A stretch of 53,879 nt of DNA. Origin: Burkholderiaceae bacterium. GTDB lineage: Bacteria > Pseudomonadota > Gammaproteobacteria > Burkholderiales > Burkholderiaceae_F. Positions 19,316-30,313 of this stretch are shown here, one piece after another. The notes under the pieces were generated by a model. The model did no database searches. It saw nothing but the letters and a program-made list of their open reading frames with translations, and was not told the DNA's origin. The position numbers and the translations under genes were made by a program. Location: positions 1 through 53,879 of the forward strand of contig DATEZE010000224.1 of the NCBI GenBank assembly GCA_035255845.1, given 5' to 3'. Position 1 is the stretch's first letter, and the number at the start of each line of letters is the position of its first letter.

Positions 19316-20359
19316 TTAGCCGACGAAGGTCTCGGGGGTTTTCGCGTACTGGCGCGCTTCCGCGATCGAGACGACGTTACGGCGAACCAGTTCGAGCAGC
19401 GTCTGGTCCAGTGTGATCATGCCGTGCTGCTGACCGGTCTGGATCATCGAGTACATCTGCGCGACCTTGTTCTCGCGGATCAGGTTGCGAATGGCGGGCG
19501 TGCCGACCATGATCTCGTGCGCCGCCACCCGGCCGTTACCGTCCTTGACCTTCAGCAGCGTCTGCGAGATCACGGCGACCACGGATTCGGAGAGCATCGC
19601 TCGAACCATTTCCTTTTCCGCGGCCGGGAACACGTCGACGACGCGGTCAATGGTCTTCGCGGCCGACGAGGTATGCAGCGTGCCGAACACCAAGTGGCCC
19701 GTCTCGGCGGCGGTCAGCGCCAGCCGGATCGTCTCCAGGTCGCGCAACTCGCCGACCAGCACGACGTCCGGGTCCTCGCGCATCGCCGACCGCAGCGCAT
19801 TCGCAAAAGACAGCGTGTGCGGGCCGACCTCGCGCTGGTTGATGACCGACTTGCGGCTCTCGTGCACGAACTCGATCGGGTCCTCGATCGTCAGGATGTG
19901 GCCATAAAGGTTGTTGTTGACGTGGTCGACCATCGCCGCCAGCGTGGTCGACTTGCCGGACCCGGTCGGCCCGGTCACCAGCACCAGCCCGCGCGGCTTC
20001 CCCGAAAAATCCGCGAACTGGCGCGGGCACTGCAGCTCTTCGAGTGAAAGCACGCGCGACGGAATCGTCCGCAGCACCGCGGCGGCGCCGCGATCCTGGT
20101 TGAACGCGTTGACGCGGAAACGCGCGAGCCCCGGTAGATCGAACGAGAAGTCGGTCTCGAGATTCTCGTCGTATTGCTTGCGCTGCGCATCGTTCATGAT
20201 GTCGTAGATCATGCCGTGCACGTCCTTGTGCTCGAGCGGCGGCAGGTTGATACGCCGTACGTCGCCATGCACGCGGATCATCGGCGGCAGACCGGCCGAC
20301 AGGTGCAGGTCCGAAGCCTTGTTTTTGACGGAGAATGCGAGCAGTTCTGAGATGTCCAT
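19316..20359 (-). CDS. pilT: type IV pilus twitching motility ATPase PilT
   Basis: 347 aa. MDISELLAFSVKNKASDLHLSAGLPPMIRVHGD, Walker A GPTGSGKST and the AIRNLIRE motif. Confidence 0.95.
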   Translation of the reverse strand: MDISELLAFSVKNKASDLHLSAGLPPMIRVHGDVRRINLPPLEHKDVHGMIYDIMNDAQRKQYDENLETDFSFDLPGLARFRVNAFNQDRGAAAVLRTIPSRVLSLEELQCPRQFADFSGKPRGLVLVTGPTGSGKSTTLAAMVDHVNNNLYGHILTIEDPIEFVHESRKSVINQREVGPHTLSFANALRSAMREDPDVVLVGELRDLETIRLALTAAETGHLVFGTLHTSSAAKTIDRVVDVFPAAEKEMVRAMLSESVVAVISQTLLKVKDGNGRVAAHEIMVGTPAIRNLIRENKVAQMYSMIQTGQQHGMITLDQTLLELVRRNVVSIAEARQYAKTPETFVG

Positions 20360-20514
20360 GGCGGAACGCGGTTGCTCCAGGGCGGATCGGGCGGCCTGGC
20401 AGGGTCGAGCCAGGCGTGCAGTGCCATCAAAGCGGCTAGCGTAGGCCGGCCGGCGCCGGGCGGATCAGCAAAAAAGCCAGAAAAAATAAGTCTCTAGGCC
20501 CTTTCCTTTCGATT

Positions 20515-21234
20515 ATGTCCAGGTTGCGAGAGTCCTTGCAAGCCAATTTGGACCGGGTCCACGAGCGCATTACCAAGGCTGCGCGAGCCGCGGGGCGCCT
20601 GGAGAGCGAAGTGGCACTGGTCGCCGTCAGCAAGGCCTTCCCGGGCGAGGCCGTGCTCGCGGCCGTCGGCTGCGGCCAGCGCGACTTTGGCGAGAACTAC
20701 GTTCAGGAAGCCATCGACAAGATCGCTCGTGTCCGACAGGCGGCGCCGGACGCTCCGGTTCAATGGCATTTCATCGGGCCGATCCAGAGCAATAAGACAC
20801 GCCAGATCGCGGAACACTTCCAATGGGCACAGTCTGTTGACCGCCTGAAAGTGGCGGAACGTTTGTCCCAGCAGCGTCCGGAGGACCAGCCGGCGCTCAA
20901 TGTGCTGTTGCAGGTCAATATCAGTGGCGAAGATACGAAGAGCGGCGTGGCAACGGACGAGGTAGCGCCACTCGCGGCCGAGGTGGCGCGGCTGCCGCGC
21001 CTTGTATTGCGCGGCCTGATGGCCGTTCCTGAGCCGGAAAGCGAGCCGGGCCGGCAGGTCGAGCCGTTGCTGCGGATGAAGGCGCTGTTCGATAGTCTGC
21101 GACCGTTGCACCCGCGTTGGGACACGCTGTCGCTGGGGATGTCGGCCGACCTCGAAGCGGCGGTGGCGGCTGGATCGACGATGGTGCGGGTTGGCACGGC
21201 GATCTTTGGGGCGCGCGAAGGGAGTGCAGCGTGA
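20515..21234 (+). CDS. yggS: YggS-family pyridoxal-phosphate homeostasis protein
   Basis: 239 aa. LVAVSKAFP (PLP lysine), HFIGPIQSNK and LSLGMSADLEAAV motifs. Divergent from pilT and followed by proC, as is widely seen. Confidence 0.9.
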   Translation: MSRLRESLQANLDRVHERITKAARAAGRLESEVALVAVSKAFPGEAVLAAVGCGQRDFGENYVQEAIDKIARVRQAAPDAPVQWHFIGPIQSNKTRQIAEHFQWAQSVDRLKVAERLSQQRPEDQPALNVLLQVNISGEDTKSGVATDEVAPLAAEVARLPRLVLRGLMAVPEPESEPGRQVEPLLRMKALFDSLRPLHPRWDTLSLGMSADLEAAVAAGSTMVRVGTAIFGAREGSAA

Positions 21235-22052
21235 AACTGGCCTTCATCGGCGGCGGCAACATGGCTCACGCGATGCTCGGGGGCATGAAGGCATCCGGCA
21301 GTGACAACGTCGTGCATGTGCTCGAACCCGATGCCGACCGCCGCGCGGAGCTTGCAAGCGAGTTCGGCCTCGCCGCGCATGCGGAACCCGGCGACTGGCT
21401 GCGCGACGCCGCGGTCGTCTTGCTCGCAGTCAAGCCCCAACAGGCACAGCAGGCGGTCAATGCCGCCGTCCCCTATCTCACTCGCCCGATGGTGATATCG
21501 ATCGTTGCCGGCGTGCAGGGCCAGACGCTGGCGCGCTGGCTCGGGCATCAGCGCATCGTGCGCGCGATGCCGAATACGCCCGCGCTGATCCGTGCCGGCA
21601 TCACCGGCGCGGTCGCGCTTGCGGATGTCAGTGCGGACGATCGGGCGGAAGCCGATCGCATCCTGCGGTCGATTGGCCAGGTGCTGTGGCTCGAGCGCGA
21701 GTCGCTGCTGGATCCGGTGACCGCGATTTCGGGCAGCGGCCCGGCGTACGTGTTCTATTTCATCGAGGCACTGCAGCAGGCGGGACGCGATCTCGGATTC
21801 TCCGACAAGCAGGCGCGTCAACTCGCCGTGGAAACCTTCAGTGGCGCCGCGAGCCTCGCGCGGCTCTCGTCCGAACCGGTGCACGTACTACGCGAGCGCG
21901 TGACCTCCAAGGGCGGCACGACCGCCGCGGCGCTGGCCCACCTCGAGTCGAGCCAGGTGCGTGCTCGCATCATCGAAGCGGTACGCGCCGCCTGTGCGCG
22001 GGCCGAAGAAATGGGCCGGCAGTTCGACATCGACGAAACTCAGGGCGGGTAG
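21231..22052 (+). CDS. proC: pyrroline-5-carboxylate reductase
   Basis: The GTG at 21231 overlaps the yggS stop (GTGA). VKLAFIGGGNMAHAMLGG (Rossmann) and the C-terminal VTSKGGTTAAAL motif. Confidence 0.9.
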   Translation: MKLAFIGGGNMAHAMLGGMKASGSDNVVHVLEPDADRRAELASEFGLAAHAEPGDWLRDAAVVLLAVKPQQAQQAVNAAVPYLTRPMVISIVAGVQGQTLARWLGHQRIVRAMPNTPALIRAGITGAVALADVSADDRAEADRILRSIGQVLWLERESLLDPVTAISGSGPAYVFYFIEALQQAGRDLGFSDKQARQLAVETFSGAASLARLSSEPVHVLRERVTSKGGTTAAALAHLESSQVRARIIEAVRAACARAEEMGRQFDIDETQGG

Positions 22053-22082
22053 CGAACACAAGCCCGCGCCGACGCGCTTGGC

Positions 22083-22982
22083 TCAGCGGAGATAGTGGGC
22101 GACCGTGCCCGCGAAGATCGCCAGTCCGAGCCAGTTGTTGTGACGAAAAGCGGCGAAACAGCCCTCGCGTGTGCGTGAGCGAATCAGGCCGTGGTGATAG
22201 AGCGCACACAGCACCGCGAAGCACCAGCCGGCGTAAAACGGCCAAGTCGCATTGATGTCGCGGCCGACCAACAGCATCAGCGAGAAAAACCCGCCGTAGC
22301 ACGCCATCACCGCCGCGACGTCCCACCGACCGAAGAAGACGGCCGATGAACGGATACCGAGCCTGACATCGTCATCGCGATCGACCATCGCGTACTCGGT
22401 GTCGTAGGCGACGACCCAGAGCATGTTTGCTACGAAGAACAGCCAACCGAGTCGCGGCACCTGCCCTAGCACTGCGGCAAAGGCCATCGGGATGCCGAAC
22501 GAGAACGCCACCCCGAGATAGAGCTGCGGGATCGGGAAGAACCGCTTGGCGAGCGGATAGGTGCCGGCGACCGCTGCAGCCACCAGAGCGAGACGCATTG
22601 CAGTCTCGTTCAGAAACAGCAGCAGTAAAGCAGCCAGCGCGCATAACGCCGCGGCGACGGCCACGGCCTCGAGCGGGCTCACGTCGCCGCGGGCAACGAC
22701 CCGGTTCGCGGTGCGTTTGACATAGCCGTCGAACCGGAAATCCGCGGCATCGTTGATTGCGCAGCCGGCCGAGCGCATCAGGAAAGTTCCGAGCACGAAG
22801 ACCGCGAACAGCAGCGCATCCGGCGGCCCGGCAGAAGCGATCCACAGCGCAGTCAGCGTCGGCCACAGCAGCAGCAGCGTGCCAACCGGCTTATCCAGCC
22901 GAACCAGGCTGGCATAAAGAGGCAGACGACCGACGGAGATCAAGGCAGAGACGATGCGCTTTGCGTGGGGGCGTGCAGGCAA
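22083..22982 (-). CDS. ubiA: 4-hydroxybenzoate polyprenyltransferase
   Basis: UbiA prenyltransferase motifs (LVRLDKPVGTLLLLWPT, NDAADFRFDG, YDTEYAMVDRDDD). I prefer an internal TTG start (22982 or 22943), because the ORF-track start at 23054 would overlap the divergent ugpB start. Confidence 0.85.
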   Translation of the reverse strand: MPARPHAKRIVSALISVGRLPLYASLVRLDKPVGTLLLLWPTLTALWIASAGPPDALLFAVFVLGTFLMRSAGCAINDAADFRFDGYVKRTANRVVARGDVSPLEAVAVAAALCALAALLLLFLNETAMRLALVAAAVAGTYPLAKRFFPIPQLYLGVAFSFGIPMAFAAVLGQVPRLGWLFFVANMLWVVAYDTEYAMVDRDDDVRLGIRSSAVFFGRWDVAAVMACYGGFFSLMLLVGRDINATWPFYAGWCFAVLCALYHHGLIRSRTREGCFAAFRHNNWLGLAIFAGTVAHYLR

Positions 22983-23038
22983 GCTATCGTAACAGTCGCG
23001 ATCTGCATTACTACGAAATCCAATCAGGGGAGACAACG

Positions 23039-24352
23039 ATGACCTGCAAGACACTTGCCCGTACCGTGGTGGCGGCGGCGCTGTCGCTCGGAGCGACCGG
23101 CGCGCTCGCCCAGACGGAGGTGCAGTGGTGGCACTCGATGCCAGGAGCCCTGGGCGACTGGGTCGGCGGCCTCGCCAGCGGGTTCAACGCCAGCCAGTCG
23201 CAGTGCAAGGTCACGCCCACCTACAAAGGCGCCTACGACGTCTCGATGACGGCCGCGATTGCGGCCTTTCGCGCCGGTAATGCCCCGCACATCCTGCAGG
23301 TCTTCGAAGTCGGCACCGCGACGATGATGGGTTCGAAAGGTGCGGTCGTTCCCGTCGGCGAGGTCATGGCCAAGGCCGGCTACAAATTCGATCCGAAAAT
23401 CTATGTGCCCGCGGTGACCGGCTACTACACGGCGCCCAACGGCCAGATGATGTCGTACCCGCTGAACAGCTCGACGACCGTCTTTTATTACAACAAGGAT
23501 GCCTTCAAGAAGGCGGGGCTCGACCCGAACAAACCGCCGAAGACTTGGCCCGAGGTTGCGCTGGCTGCGGCGAAGCTCAAGGCGAGCGGCGAAAAGTGCC
23601 CATTCACGACCAGCTGGCAGAGCTGGACACAGCTCGAGAGCTTCTCGACATGGCACAACACCGAGTTTGCGACCAAGAACAACGGCTTCGGCGGACCGAC
23701 AGCACGGTTGGCGTTCGACACGCCTCTGCATATCCGCCATATCGAGAACCTGGCGAACATGTCCAAGCAGGGACTGTTCGTCTACAAGGGCCGCGGCAAC
23801 GTTCCCGATGCGCCGTTTTACTCTGGCGAGTGCATCATGAGCACAGCGTCATCCTCGGCCTACGGCAACGTCAAGAAGAATGCCAAGTTTGACTTCGGCA
23901 TGTCGACGCTGCCGTATTACCCGGACGTGACCGGCGCGCCGCAGAACACCGTCATCGGCGGAGCCAGCCTTTGGGTGATGTCGGGCAAGAAGCCAAACGA
24001 GTACAAGTGTGTCGCTGACTTTTTCGACTACCTGTCCAAGCCGGAAATCCAGGCCAAGAGTCACCAGGAAACCGGTTACCTGCCGATCACGTTGGCAGCG
24101 TACGAACTGACGAAGAAATCCGGCTTCTACGATAAGAACCCGGGCACCGACGTGGCGGTGCAGCAGATGATCGTCAAGACGACCGACAAGTCGCGCGGGA
24201 TCCGCCTCGGCAACTTCGTGCAGATCCGCACGATCAACGATGAGGAGATGGAGAACATCTGGTCGGGCAAGAAGACCGTGCAGCAAGCGATCGCCGACAT
24301 GATCAAGCGCGGCAACGAACAACTGGAGCGCTTCGAGAAAACCAGCAAGTAG
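23039..24352 (+). CDS. ugpB: sn-glycerol-3-phosphate ABC transporter substrate-binding protein
   Basis: The in-frame ATG at 23039 gives the signal peptide [25 protein letters not shown]. The sequence is UgpB-like and is followed by ugpA, ugpE and ugpC. Confidence 0.9.
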   Translation: MTCKTLARTVVAAALSLGATGALAQTEVQWWHSMPGALGDWVGGLASGFNASQSQCKVTPTYKGAYDVSMTAAIAAFRAGNAPHILQVFEVGTATMMGSKGAVVPVGEVMAKAGYKFDPKIYVPAVTGYYTAPNGQMMSYPLNSSTTVFYYNKDAFKKAGLDPNKPPKTWPEVALAAAKLKASGEKCPFTTSWQSWTQLESFSTWHNTEFATKNNGFGGPTARLAFDTPLHIRHIENLANMSKQGLFVYKGRGNVPDAPFYSGECIMSTASSSAYGNVKKNAKFDFGMSTLPYYPDVTGAPQNTVIGGASLWVMSGKKPNEYKCVADFFDYLSKPEIQAKSHQETGYLPITLAAYELTKKSGFYDKNPGTDVAVQQMIVKTTDKSRGIRLGNFVQIRTINDEEMENIWSGKKTVQQAIADMIKRGNEQLERFEKTSK

Positions 24353-24398
24353 ACCGGGACGGACGGCGCTGCGCCGAACCGCGCGTCGAGTTGCGCAC

Positions 24399-25280
24399 GT
24401 GGAAAAGCGCGCTTTTTTCCGCAGCCGCTGGCTGCCGTATGCGCTGGTCGCGCCACAACTGGCGATCACGATCGTTTTCTTCTTCCTGCCCGCGGGCGAG
24501 GCGCTCTACCAGAGCGTGCTGCTGCAGGACGCCTTTGGTGCCAACACCGAGTTCGTCGGACTGGAGAATTTCCGCACGCTGTTCAACGACCCCGGCTACC
24601 TCGCGTCATTTCGAGTGACGGCGGTTTTCTCGGTGCTGGTCGCCGGCCTAGGGCTCGCGCTATCGCTATTCCTCGCCGTCTTCGCCGACCGGATCCTTCG
24701 CGGCGCCACCGCGATCAAGACGCTGCTGATTTGGCCTTACGCGGTGGCGCCGGCGATCGCCGGTGTGCTTTGGCTTTTCATGTTCAATCCGACACTCGGC
24801 GTGGCCGCGCACTGGCTGCGAGCGCTCGGCGTCGACTGGAACTTCCTGCTCAACGGGGATCAGGCGCTGCTGCTGCTCGTGATGGCAGCGGTTTGGAAGC
24901 AGATCAGCTACAACTTCGTCTTCTTCCTCGCCGGCCTGCAGGCGATCCCGAAGTCGCTGGTCGAGGCGGCGGCGATCGACGGCGCCGGCCCGGCGCGCCG
25001 CTTCTGGTCGATCGTGTTCCCATTGCTGTCGCCGACGACGTTTTTCCTGCTCGTCGTCAACATCGTCTACGCATTCTTCGAAACGTTCGCGATCGTCGAC
25101 GCTATTACGCAGGGCGGGCCTGGCCAGGAAACCTCGATCCTCGTCTACAAGGTCTATCACGACGGCTTCAAGGCGCTGGATTTCGGCGGCTCGGCGGCGC
25201 AATCCGTCGTCCTGATGGCCATCGTTATCACGCTGACGGTGTTGCAGTTCCGCTTCATCGAGCGGCGCGTGAACTACTAA
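24399..25280 (+). CDS. ugpA: sn-glycerol-3-phosphate ABC transporter permease UgpA
   Basis: 293 aa, multi-TM, with the MalF/UgpA-type EAA loop ([24 protein letters not shown]). GTG start. Confidence 0.9.
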   Translation: MEKRAFFRSRWLPYALVAPQLAITIVFFFLPAGEALYQSVLLQDAFGANTEFVGLENFRTLFNDPGYLASFRVTAVFSVLVAGLGLALSLFLAVFADRILRGATAIKTLLIWPYAVAPAIAGVLWLFMFNPTLGVAAHWLRALGVDWNFLLNGDQALLLLVMAAVWKQISYNFVFFLAGLQAIPKSLVEAAAIDGAGPARRFWSIVFPLLSPTTFFLLVVNIVYAFFETFAIVDAITQGGPGQETSILVYKVYHDGFKALDFGGSAAQSVVLMAIVITLTVLQFRFIERRVNY

Positions 25281-25359
25281 GCCATGCCACACGCTCACTT
25301 CATTCGCTGCAAACCGTCGCAGCCTGCCGGCTGCCACGCGTTGCCAGGTGGATGCTGAC

Positions 25360-26208
25360 ATGGTCGAACGCCGCCGCTGGCTCGACGTGCTGTCCTACGT
25401 CATCGTGTTTGCCGGGATCGTGCTCGTCGCCTTCCCGGTCTACTTGGCGCTGATCGCCTCGACGCACACGGCCGAAGCAGTCGAAGCTGCACCGATGTCA
25501 TTGGTGCCCGGCGACCTGATGATCGATAACTACCGTCGGGTGCTGTTCGAGGGCGGAGGCGTCGGCTCGCGCGCGCCGGTCGGCCGCATGATGCTGGTGA
25601 GCCTGACGATGGCGGTCGGCATCGCTGTCGGCAAGATCCTGATCTCGCTGCTGTCGGCGTTCGCGATCGTCTACTTTCGCTTCCCGCTGCGCTACTTCTT
25701 CTTCTGGATGATCTTCGTCACTCTGATGCTGCCAGTGGAGGTGCGCATCACGTCGACCTACGAAGTGATGTCCGACCTCGGACTGCTCAATACGTTTCCC
25801 GGGTTGATCATGCCGCTGATCGCGTCGGCGACGGCGACCTTCCTGTTTCGCCAGTTCTTCATGACGGTGCCCGACGAACTGGCCGAAGCCGCCCGCATCG
25901 ACGGCGCGGGTCCGATGCGCTTCTTCTTCACGATCCTGGTGCCGCTGTCGGTGACGAACATCGCCGCGATGTTCGTGATCCAGTTCATCTACGGCTGGAA
26001 CCAGTATCTGTGGCCGCTGCTGATCACGACCAGCGAGGACATGTATCCGATCGTCATCGGCATCAAGCGCATGATCGGCGGCGGCGATGCCGCCAACGAA
26101 TGGAATCTGATCATGGCAACCGCCATTTTGGCGATGATCCCGCCGGCAATCGTGGTGCTCCTGATGCAACGCTGGTTCATCAGAGGCCTGATCGAGACCG
26201 AGAAGTAG
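25360..26208 (+). CDS. ugpE: sn-glycerol-3-phosphate ABC transporter permease UgpE
   Basis: Multi-TM with the EAA loop [23 protein letters not shown]. The ATG at 25360 is preceded by AGGTGG. The ORF-track GTG at 25348 is an alternative. Confidence 0.9.
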   Translation: MVERRRWLDVLSYVIVFAGIVLVAFPVYLALIASTHTAEAVEAAPMSLVPGDLMIDNYRRVLFEGGGVGSRAPVGRMMLVSLTMAVGIAVGKILISLLSAFAIVYFRFPLRYFFFWMIFVTLMLPVEVRITSTYEVMSDLGLLNTFPGLIMPLIASATATFLFRQFFMTVPDELAEAARIDGAGPMRFFFTILVPLSVTNIAAMFVIQFIYGWNQYLWPLLITTSEDMYPIVIGIKRMIGGGDAANEWNLIMATAILAMIPPAIVVLLMQRWFIRGLIETEK

Positions 26209-26215
26209 ACACGCG

Positions 26216-27280
26216 ATGGCCAAGATCGACTTCAGCGACGTCCACAAGAGCTACGGCAGCCTCCAGGTCGTGCACGGCATCACGCTGGCGGTCAACGACG
26301 GCGAATTCGTCGTGCTGGTCGGCCCTTCCGGGTGCGGCAAGTCGACGCTGCTACGGATGGTGGCAGGACTGGAAGAGATCTCCGCCGGCACGATCAGCAT
26401 TGGTGGCCGCGTCGTCAACACGCTCGAGCCGAAGGACCGCGACTGCGCGATGGTGTTCCAGAACTATGCGTTGTATCCGCACATGAGCGTTTACGAGAAC
26501 ATGGCGTACGGCCTGAGGATCCGCAAGCTGCCGAAGGCCGACATCGAGCGCCGCGTCAATGAGGCCGCAGCGATCCTGGAGCTCGAGGGACTCCTTGCGC
26601 GCAAGCCGCGGCAGCTGTCCGGCGGGCAGCGGCAGCGAGTCGCAATGGGCCGCGCCATCGTGCGCGAGCCGGCGGCCTTTCTCTTCGACGAGCCGCTTTC
26701 TAACCTAGACGCCAAGCTGCGCGTGCAGACACGCCTGGAGATCCAAAAGCTGCATCGCCGCCTGCGTACGACCAGCCTGTACGTCACGCACGATCAGGTC
26801 GAGGCGATGACGCTGGCGCAGCGCATGATCGTGATGAACGCCGGCCGCGCCGAACAGGTCGGCACGCCGGGCGACGTCTATTCGCGCCCGGCGACGACGT
26901 TCGTCGCGAGCTTCATCGGCTCGCCGCCGATGAATCTCTTCGAGGGCCGCGTTTCGGCCGACGGACGCGCATTCGAGGTGAACCCGAACATGCCGATCGC
27001 CCTGCCCGAGCCCTGCACGGCGCTGGCGGGACGCGAGCTGGTTCTCGGCGTGCGACCGGAGCACTTGCAGCCCGGTGGTGGCCATCTGTCGATCGAGGTC
27101 GAGACAGTCGAAATGCTCGGCGCCGAGCATCTGATCCATGGCCTTCTGGCCGGACAGGAATTGATCGTGCGGACCGGACCCGAGATCGATCCGCCCCCGG
27201 CAACGCAACTGCCAATCCGGTTTGCGGCCAGTGCAGTGCACTGGTTCGACCCGACGACGCGTGCACGGATCAATGTGTAA
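26216..27280 (+). CDS. ugpC: sn-glycerol-3-phosphate ABC transporter ATP-binding protein UgpC
   Basis: 354 aa. Walker [10 protein letters not shown], signature LSGGQRQR, Walker [12 protein letters not shown] and a MalK-type C-terminal regulatory domain. Confidence 0.9.
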   Translation: MAKIDFSDVHKSYGSLQVVHGITLAVNDGEFVVLVGPSGCGKSTLLRMVAGLEEISAGTISIGGRVVNTLEPKDRDCAMVFQNYALYPHMSVYENMAYGLRIRKLPKADIERRVNEAAAILELEGLLARKPRQLSGGQRQRVAMGRAIVREPAAFLFDEPLSNLDAKLRVQTRLEIQKLHRRLRTTSLYVTHDQVEAMTLAQRMIVMNAGRAEQVGTPGDVYSRPATTFVASFIGSPPMNLFEGRVSADGRAFEVNPNMPIALPEPCTALAGRELVLGVRPEHLQPGGGHLSIEVETVEMLGAEHLIHGLLAGQELIVRTGPEIDPPPATQLPIRFAASAVHWFDPTTRARINV

Positions 27281-27288
27281 AGCGGAGA

Positions 27289-27741
27289 CTATTCCTTGCG
27301 GCGATAGACGCAGTTCGGCTTGGTGCACTCGCCGTACAGCGCGAGCGAATGCTCCTGCAGCTTGAATCCGCGCTCGGCGGCGACCTGTTGCTGGTGTAAC
27401 TCGATTTCGGCGTCGACGAACTCCTCAACACGCCCGCAGGTGAGACAGACAAGGTGGTCGTGATGCGTGCCCTCGTTGAGCTCGAACATCGCGCGCCCGC
27501 CCTCGAAATGATTGCGTGCCAGCAGCCCGGCGTGCTCGAACTGCGTCAGCACCCGGTACACGGTTGCCAACCCGACGTCGATGTGCTCGGCGATAAGCGC
27601 CTTGTAGACGTCCTCGGCGCTCATGTGCCGCACGCCGCGCTCGGCTGTGCTGCGCTGGAAGATCTCCAGCACCTTCAGCCTCGGCAAGGTCGCCTTAAGG
27701 CCAATGTTCTTAAGATCAGCGGAAGTGGATCGGCTCGGCAT
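27289..27741 (-). CDS. fur: ferric uptake regulator
   Basis: [19 protein letters not shown]...[16 protein letters not shown]...CTKPNC are canonical Fur motifs. I prefer the ATG at 27741 ([11 protein letters not shown]). Confidence 0.9.
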   Translation of the reverse strand: MPSRSTSADLKNIGLKATLPRLKVLEIFQRSTAERGVRHMSAEDVYKALIAEHIDVGLATVYRVLTQFEHAGLLARNHFEGGRAMFELNEGTHHDHLVCLTCGRVEEFVDAEIELHQQQVAAERGFKLQEHSLALYGECTKPNCVYRRKE

Positions 27742-27821
27742 CGGACGGCGGCGCGAAATGGACGCACCTCTGAGTATCATACGGCTTGCGCCTTCGAACC
27801 GGCTTTGCGCCATCCGCTCTT

Positions 27822-28361
27822 ATGCGTCCGCACCGTCTTGTCGTTTGTTCGCTCGCCTGGCTCGCGTTGCTCGCCGGCTGCGAGTCGATGTACAGCGTCA
27901 ACTCGAGTGTCAAGGGCGGGCTCGCCTCCGCGGCCTCGTGGGCGCCGACCTTTCTCAAGCCGTATCGCCCGGACGTGCACCAGGGCAACATCGTTACGAA
28001 GGAAATGGTGGACCAGCTGCGCATCGGTATGAGCCGCGAGCAGGTCCGGTTCATGCTCGGCACGCCACTGATGACGAGCGAATTCCGCAAGGACCGTGCC
28101 GACTACATCTACTACCTGAACCCCCTCAAGGGGCCAGTGCAGAACCGCCGCCTGACGGTGTACTTCAAGGACAACCGGCTCGAGCGTTTCAACTCTGACC
28201 CGATGCCGGCCGACGAAGAAGCCGATGCGCTGATCCTCGGGACGAACGTCAAGCGCGTCCGGCGCAATCCGCCACAGCCGCCGCCGGCGATCCCGATGCC
28301 CGATGTTTCGACACCGGGGCCCGGAACACAGAGCACCCCGGGTTCGCAGTCCCCGAACTGA
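27822..28361 (+). CDS. bamE: outer-membrane protein assembly factor BamE (SmpA/OmlA)
   Basis: The internal ATG at 27822 gives MRPHRLVVCSLAWLALLAGC (lipobox). It contains the QGNIVTKEMVDQLRIGMSREQVRFMLGTPL SmpA/OmlA domain. The fur / bamE-dapB synteny is conserved. Confidence 0.8.
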   Translation: MRPHRLVVCSLAWLALLAGCESMYSVNSSVKGGLASAASWAPTFLKPYRPDVHQGNIVTKEMVDQLRIGMSREQVRFMLGTPLMTSEFRKDRADYIYYLNPLKGPVQNRRLTVYFKDNRLERFNSDPMPADEEADALILGTNVKRVRRNPPQPPPAIPMPDVSTPGPGTQSTPGSQSPN

Positions 28362-28391
28362 GTCGGTTGGGCCACTGCCACAGCCAGTACC

Positions 28392-29189
28392 ATGAAGCTC
28401 GCGATCGCCGGCGCCTCCGGCAAAATGGGGCAGATGCTGATCGAGGCTGCGCTGGCGCAGCCCGATCTGCAGGTCGCAGTCGCACTGGACCGCGCCGACA
28501 GTCCAATGCTCGGTCGCGACTGTGCCGAAACGCTCGGACGCACGACCGGAGTGCGCGTCGGCGCCGACCTCGCCGCGGTTGCGGCCGCCGACGTGCTGAT
28601 CGACTTCACCCGCCCGGAGGCGACACTGGACCAAGTGGAGGCCTGCGTCGCGGCCGGCGTGCGGATGGTGATCGGCACCACCGGATTCGAGGAGGCCGGC
28701 AAGCGCGCCATTCGCGCTGCGGCCGAGCGCATCGCGATCGTGTTCGCCCCGAACATGAGCGTCGGCGTCAACGCGACCTTCAAGCTGGTGGAGATCGCGA
28801 CACGTATGCTGAACGAAGGCTACGACATCGAAATCATCGAAGCACACCATCGGCACAAGGTCGACGCTCCGTCCGGCACCGCGCTCAAGATGGGCGAGAT
28901 CGTCGCCGGCGCGCTGGGACGACCGCTGGCCGAACTCGCGGTGTACGCGCGCGAAGGACACACCGGCGAGCGCCGCCCGGGGTCGATCGGCTTTGCAGCG
29001 ATCCGCGGCGGCGACATCATCGGCGACCACACGGTCATGTTTGCCGGTGCCGGAGAACGCATTGAGATCACACATCGTTCCGCCAGCCGCCAGTCGTATG
29101 CGAACGGCAGCTTGCGGGCGGCACGCTTCGTTGCAGAAAAACCGAAGGGGCTGTTCGACATGTTCGACGTGCTCGGGCTGGCGCGATGA
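28392..29189 (+). CDS. dapB: 4-hydroxy-tetrahydrodipicolinate reductase
   Basis: 265 aa. [13 protein letters not shown] (Rossmann) and [15 protein letters not shown] (DapB signature). Confidence 0.95.
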   Translation: MKLAIAGASGKMGQMLIEAALAQPDLQVAVALDRADSPMLGRDCAETLGRTTGVRVGADLAAVAAADVLIDFTRPEATLDQVEACVAAGVRMVIGTTGFEEAGKRAIRAAAERIAIVFAPNMSVGVNATFKLVEIATRMLNEGYDIEIIEAHHRHKVDAPSGTALKMGEIVAGALGRPLAELAVYAREGHTGERRPGSIGFAAIRGGDIIGDHTVMFAGAGERIEITHRSASRQSYANGSLRAARFVAEKPKGLFDMFDVLGLAR

Positions 29190-29869
29190 CGGGCGGGCTC
29201 GGACTCGCCCACTTCTGGGAGCAGGCGGACGGCGTGATCCGGCTGACCGCCTACCTGCTCGTGGTGATGTCGGTCGCAAGCTGGTTCCTGATCCTGTGGA
29301 AGGGCTGGGCCTGGTGGCGCGTGCGGCGTGCTGCGCGCGCGATCGATTCGTTCTGGAGCGCGCCGTCGATCGAGGTGGCCATCGCACAGCTGAAGCCGGC
29401 CGACACCGAAAGCGTCTTCGTACCGCTGGCAGCGGGTGCGGCAAACGCTGCCTCGCATCCGGCCGCGGAAAACAGCCTGGCCGCGCAGATCGGCCGCTCG
29501 GAACTGATCACGCGCGCTCTGCGCCAGCGTATCAACGAGGCCGCGGGCCGCCTCGAAGCCGGGCTGACAATCCTCGCCTCGGTGGGGAGCACTGCCCCCT
29601 TCGTCGGATTGTTCGGCACCGTGTGGGGTATCTACCGCGCATTGCTCAACATCGCGTCCTCGGGGCAGATCGCGATCGACAAGGTTGCGGGGCCGGTCGG
29701 CGAGGCGCTGATCATGACGGCGCTCGGACTCGCAGTCGCGATCCCGGCAGTCCTCGCCTACAACGCGTTCACGCGTGCAAACCGTATGGTGCTGGGACAG
29801 CTCGACGGTTTTGCCCACGACCTGCACGCGACGCTGACGACCGGGTCGCGGCTCGCGGCGCTGTCGTAA
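29186..29869 (+). CDS. exbB: MotA/TolQ/ExbB-family proton channel
   Basis: 227 aa with 3 TM helices and the conserved [16 protein letters not shown] motif. The ATG overlaps the dapB stop (ATGA). Confidence 0.8.
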   Translation: MTGGLGLAHFWEQADGVIRLTAYLLVVMSVASWFLILWKGWAWWRVRRAARAIDSFWSAPSIEVAIAQLKPADTESVFVPLAAGAANAASHPAAENSLAAQIGRSELITRALRQRINEAAGRLEAGLTILASVGSTAPFVGLFGTVWGIYRALLNIASSGQIAIDKVAGPVGEALIMTALGLAVAIPAVLAYNAFTRANRMVLGQLDGFAHDLHATLTTGSRLAALS

Positions 29870-29881
29870 CCGAGCGCTCAC

Positions 29882-30313
29882 ATGCCCTTCGGAGGCTTCG
29901 AGCGGCACGGCGGCACGCAGCAGCCGATGTCCGAAATTAACGTCACGCCGCTGGTCGATGTGATGCTGGTCCTGCTGGTGATCTTCATCATCACCGCGCC
30001 GCTGCTGTCATACGCGATCCGGCTGGACCTGCCGAACGACCCGGCGCCGGCAGCCGACGTCGTCCCGGCGACCGTCAGGTTGTCGATCGACGCCAGCGGA
30101 CAGGTGTACTGGGAGTCGGACGTGGTCAGCGATGACGAGTTTCGCGTACGGCTCGCCACTGCGGCATGGCAATCGCCGCTGCCAGAGCTGAACCTGCGCG
30201 CCGACAAGGCGACCCGCTACGAGCGCATCGCCTTCGTCCTGTCGACCGCGCAGCAGGCCGGACTCGCGAGGATCGGTTTCGTCACCGAACCTGCGACGAC
30301 CACGCGTCCGTGA
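29882..30313 (+). CDS. exbD: ExbD/TolR-family protein
   Basis: The SEINVTPLVDVMLVLLVIFIITAP motif is typical of ExbD/TolR. An alternative start lies at 29927. Confidence 0.8.
   Translation: MPFGGFERHGGTQQPMSEINVTPLVDVMLVLLVIFIITAPLLSYAIRLDLPNDPAPAADVVPATVRLSIDASGQVYWESDVVSDDEFRVRLATAAWQSPLPELNLRADKATRYERIAFVLSTAQQAGLARIGFVTEPATTTRP

Noticed and set aside
18047-20047. 666-aa ORF antisense to pilU and pilT
   Set aside because: It spans two well-supported genes and their intergenic gap on the other strand. Its composition is low-complexity Arg/Asp/Leu/Val, typical of a GC-rich antisense artefact.
22983-23054. Head-to-head overlap of ubiA (ORF-track start 23054) with the ugpB start (23039)
   Set aside because: The first 24 codons of the long form have no UbiA similarity. 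In-frame TTG codons at 22982 and 22943 give a normal-length UbiA and leave a divergent promoter region.
27777-29444. 555-aa ORF antisense to bamE, dapB and exbB
   Set aside because: Same reasoning. It overlaps three motif-supported genes and has no recognisable domain.
30166-30309. N-terminal extension of the btuF-like ORF inside exbD
   Set aside because: The extension is Arg-rich and lies within the ExbD coding sequence. A signal peptide appears only after the GTG at 30310 or the ATG at 30349.
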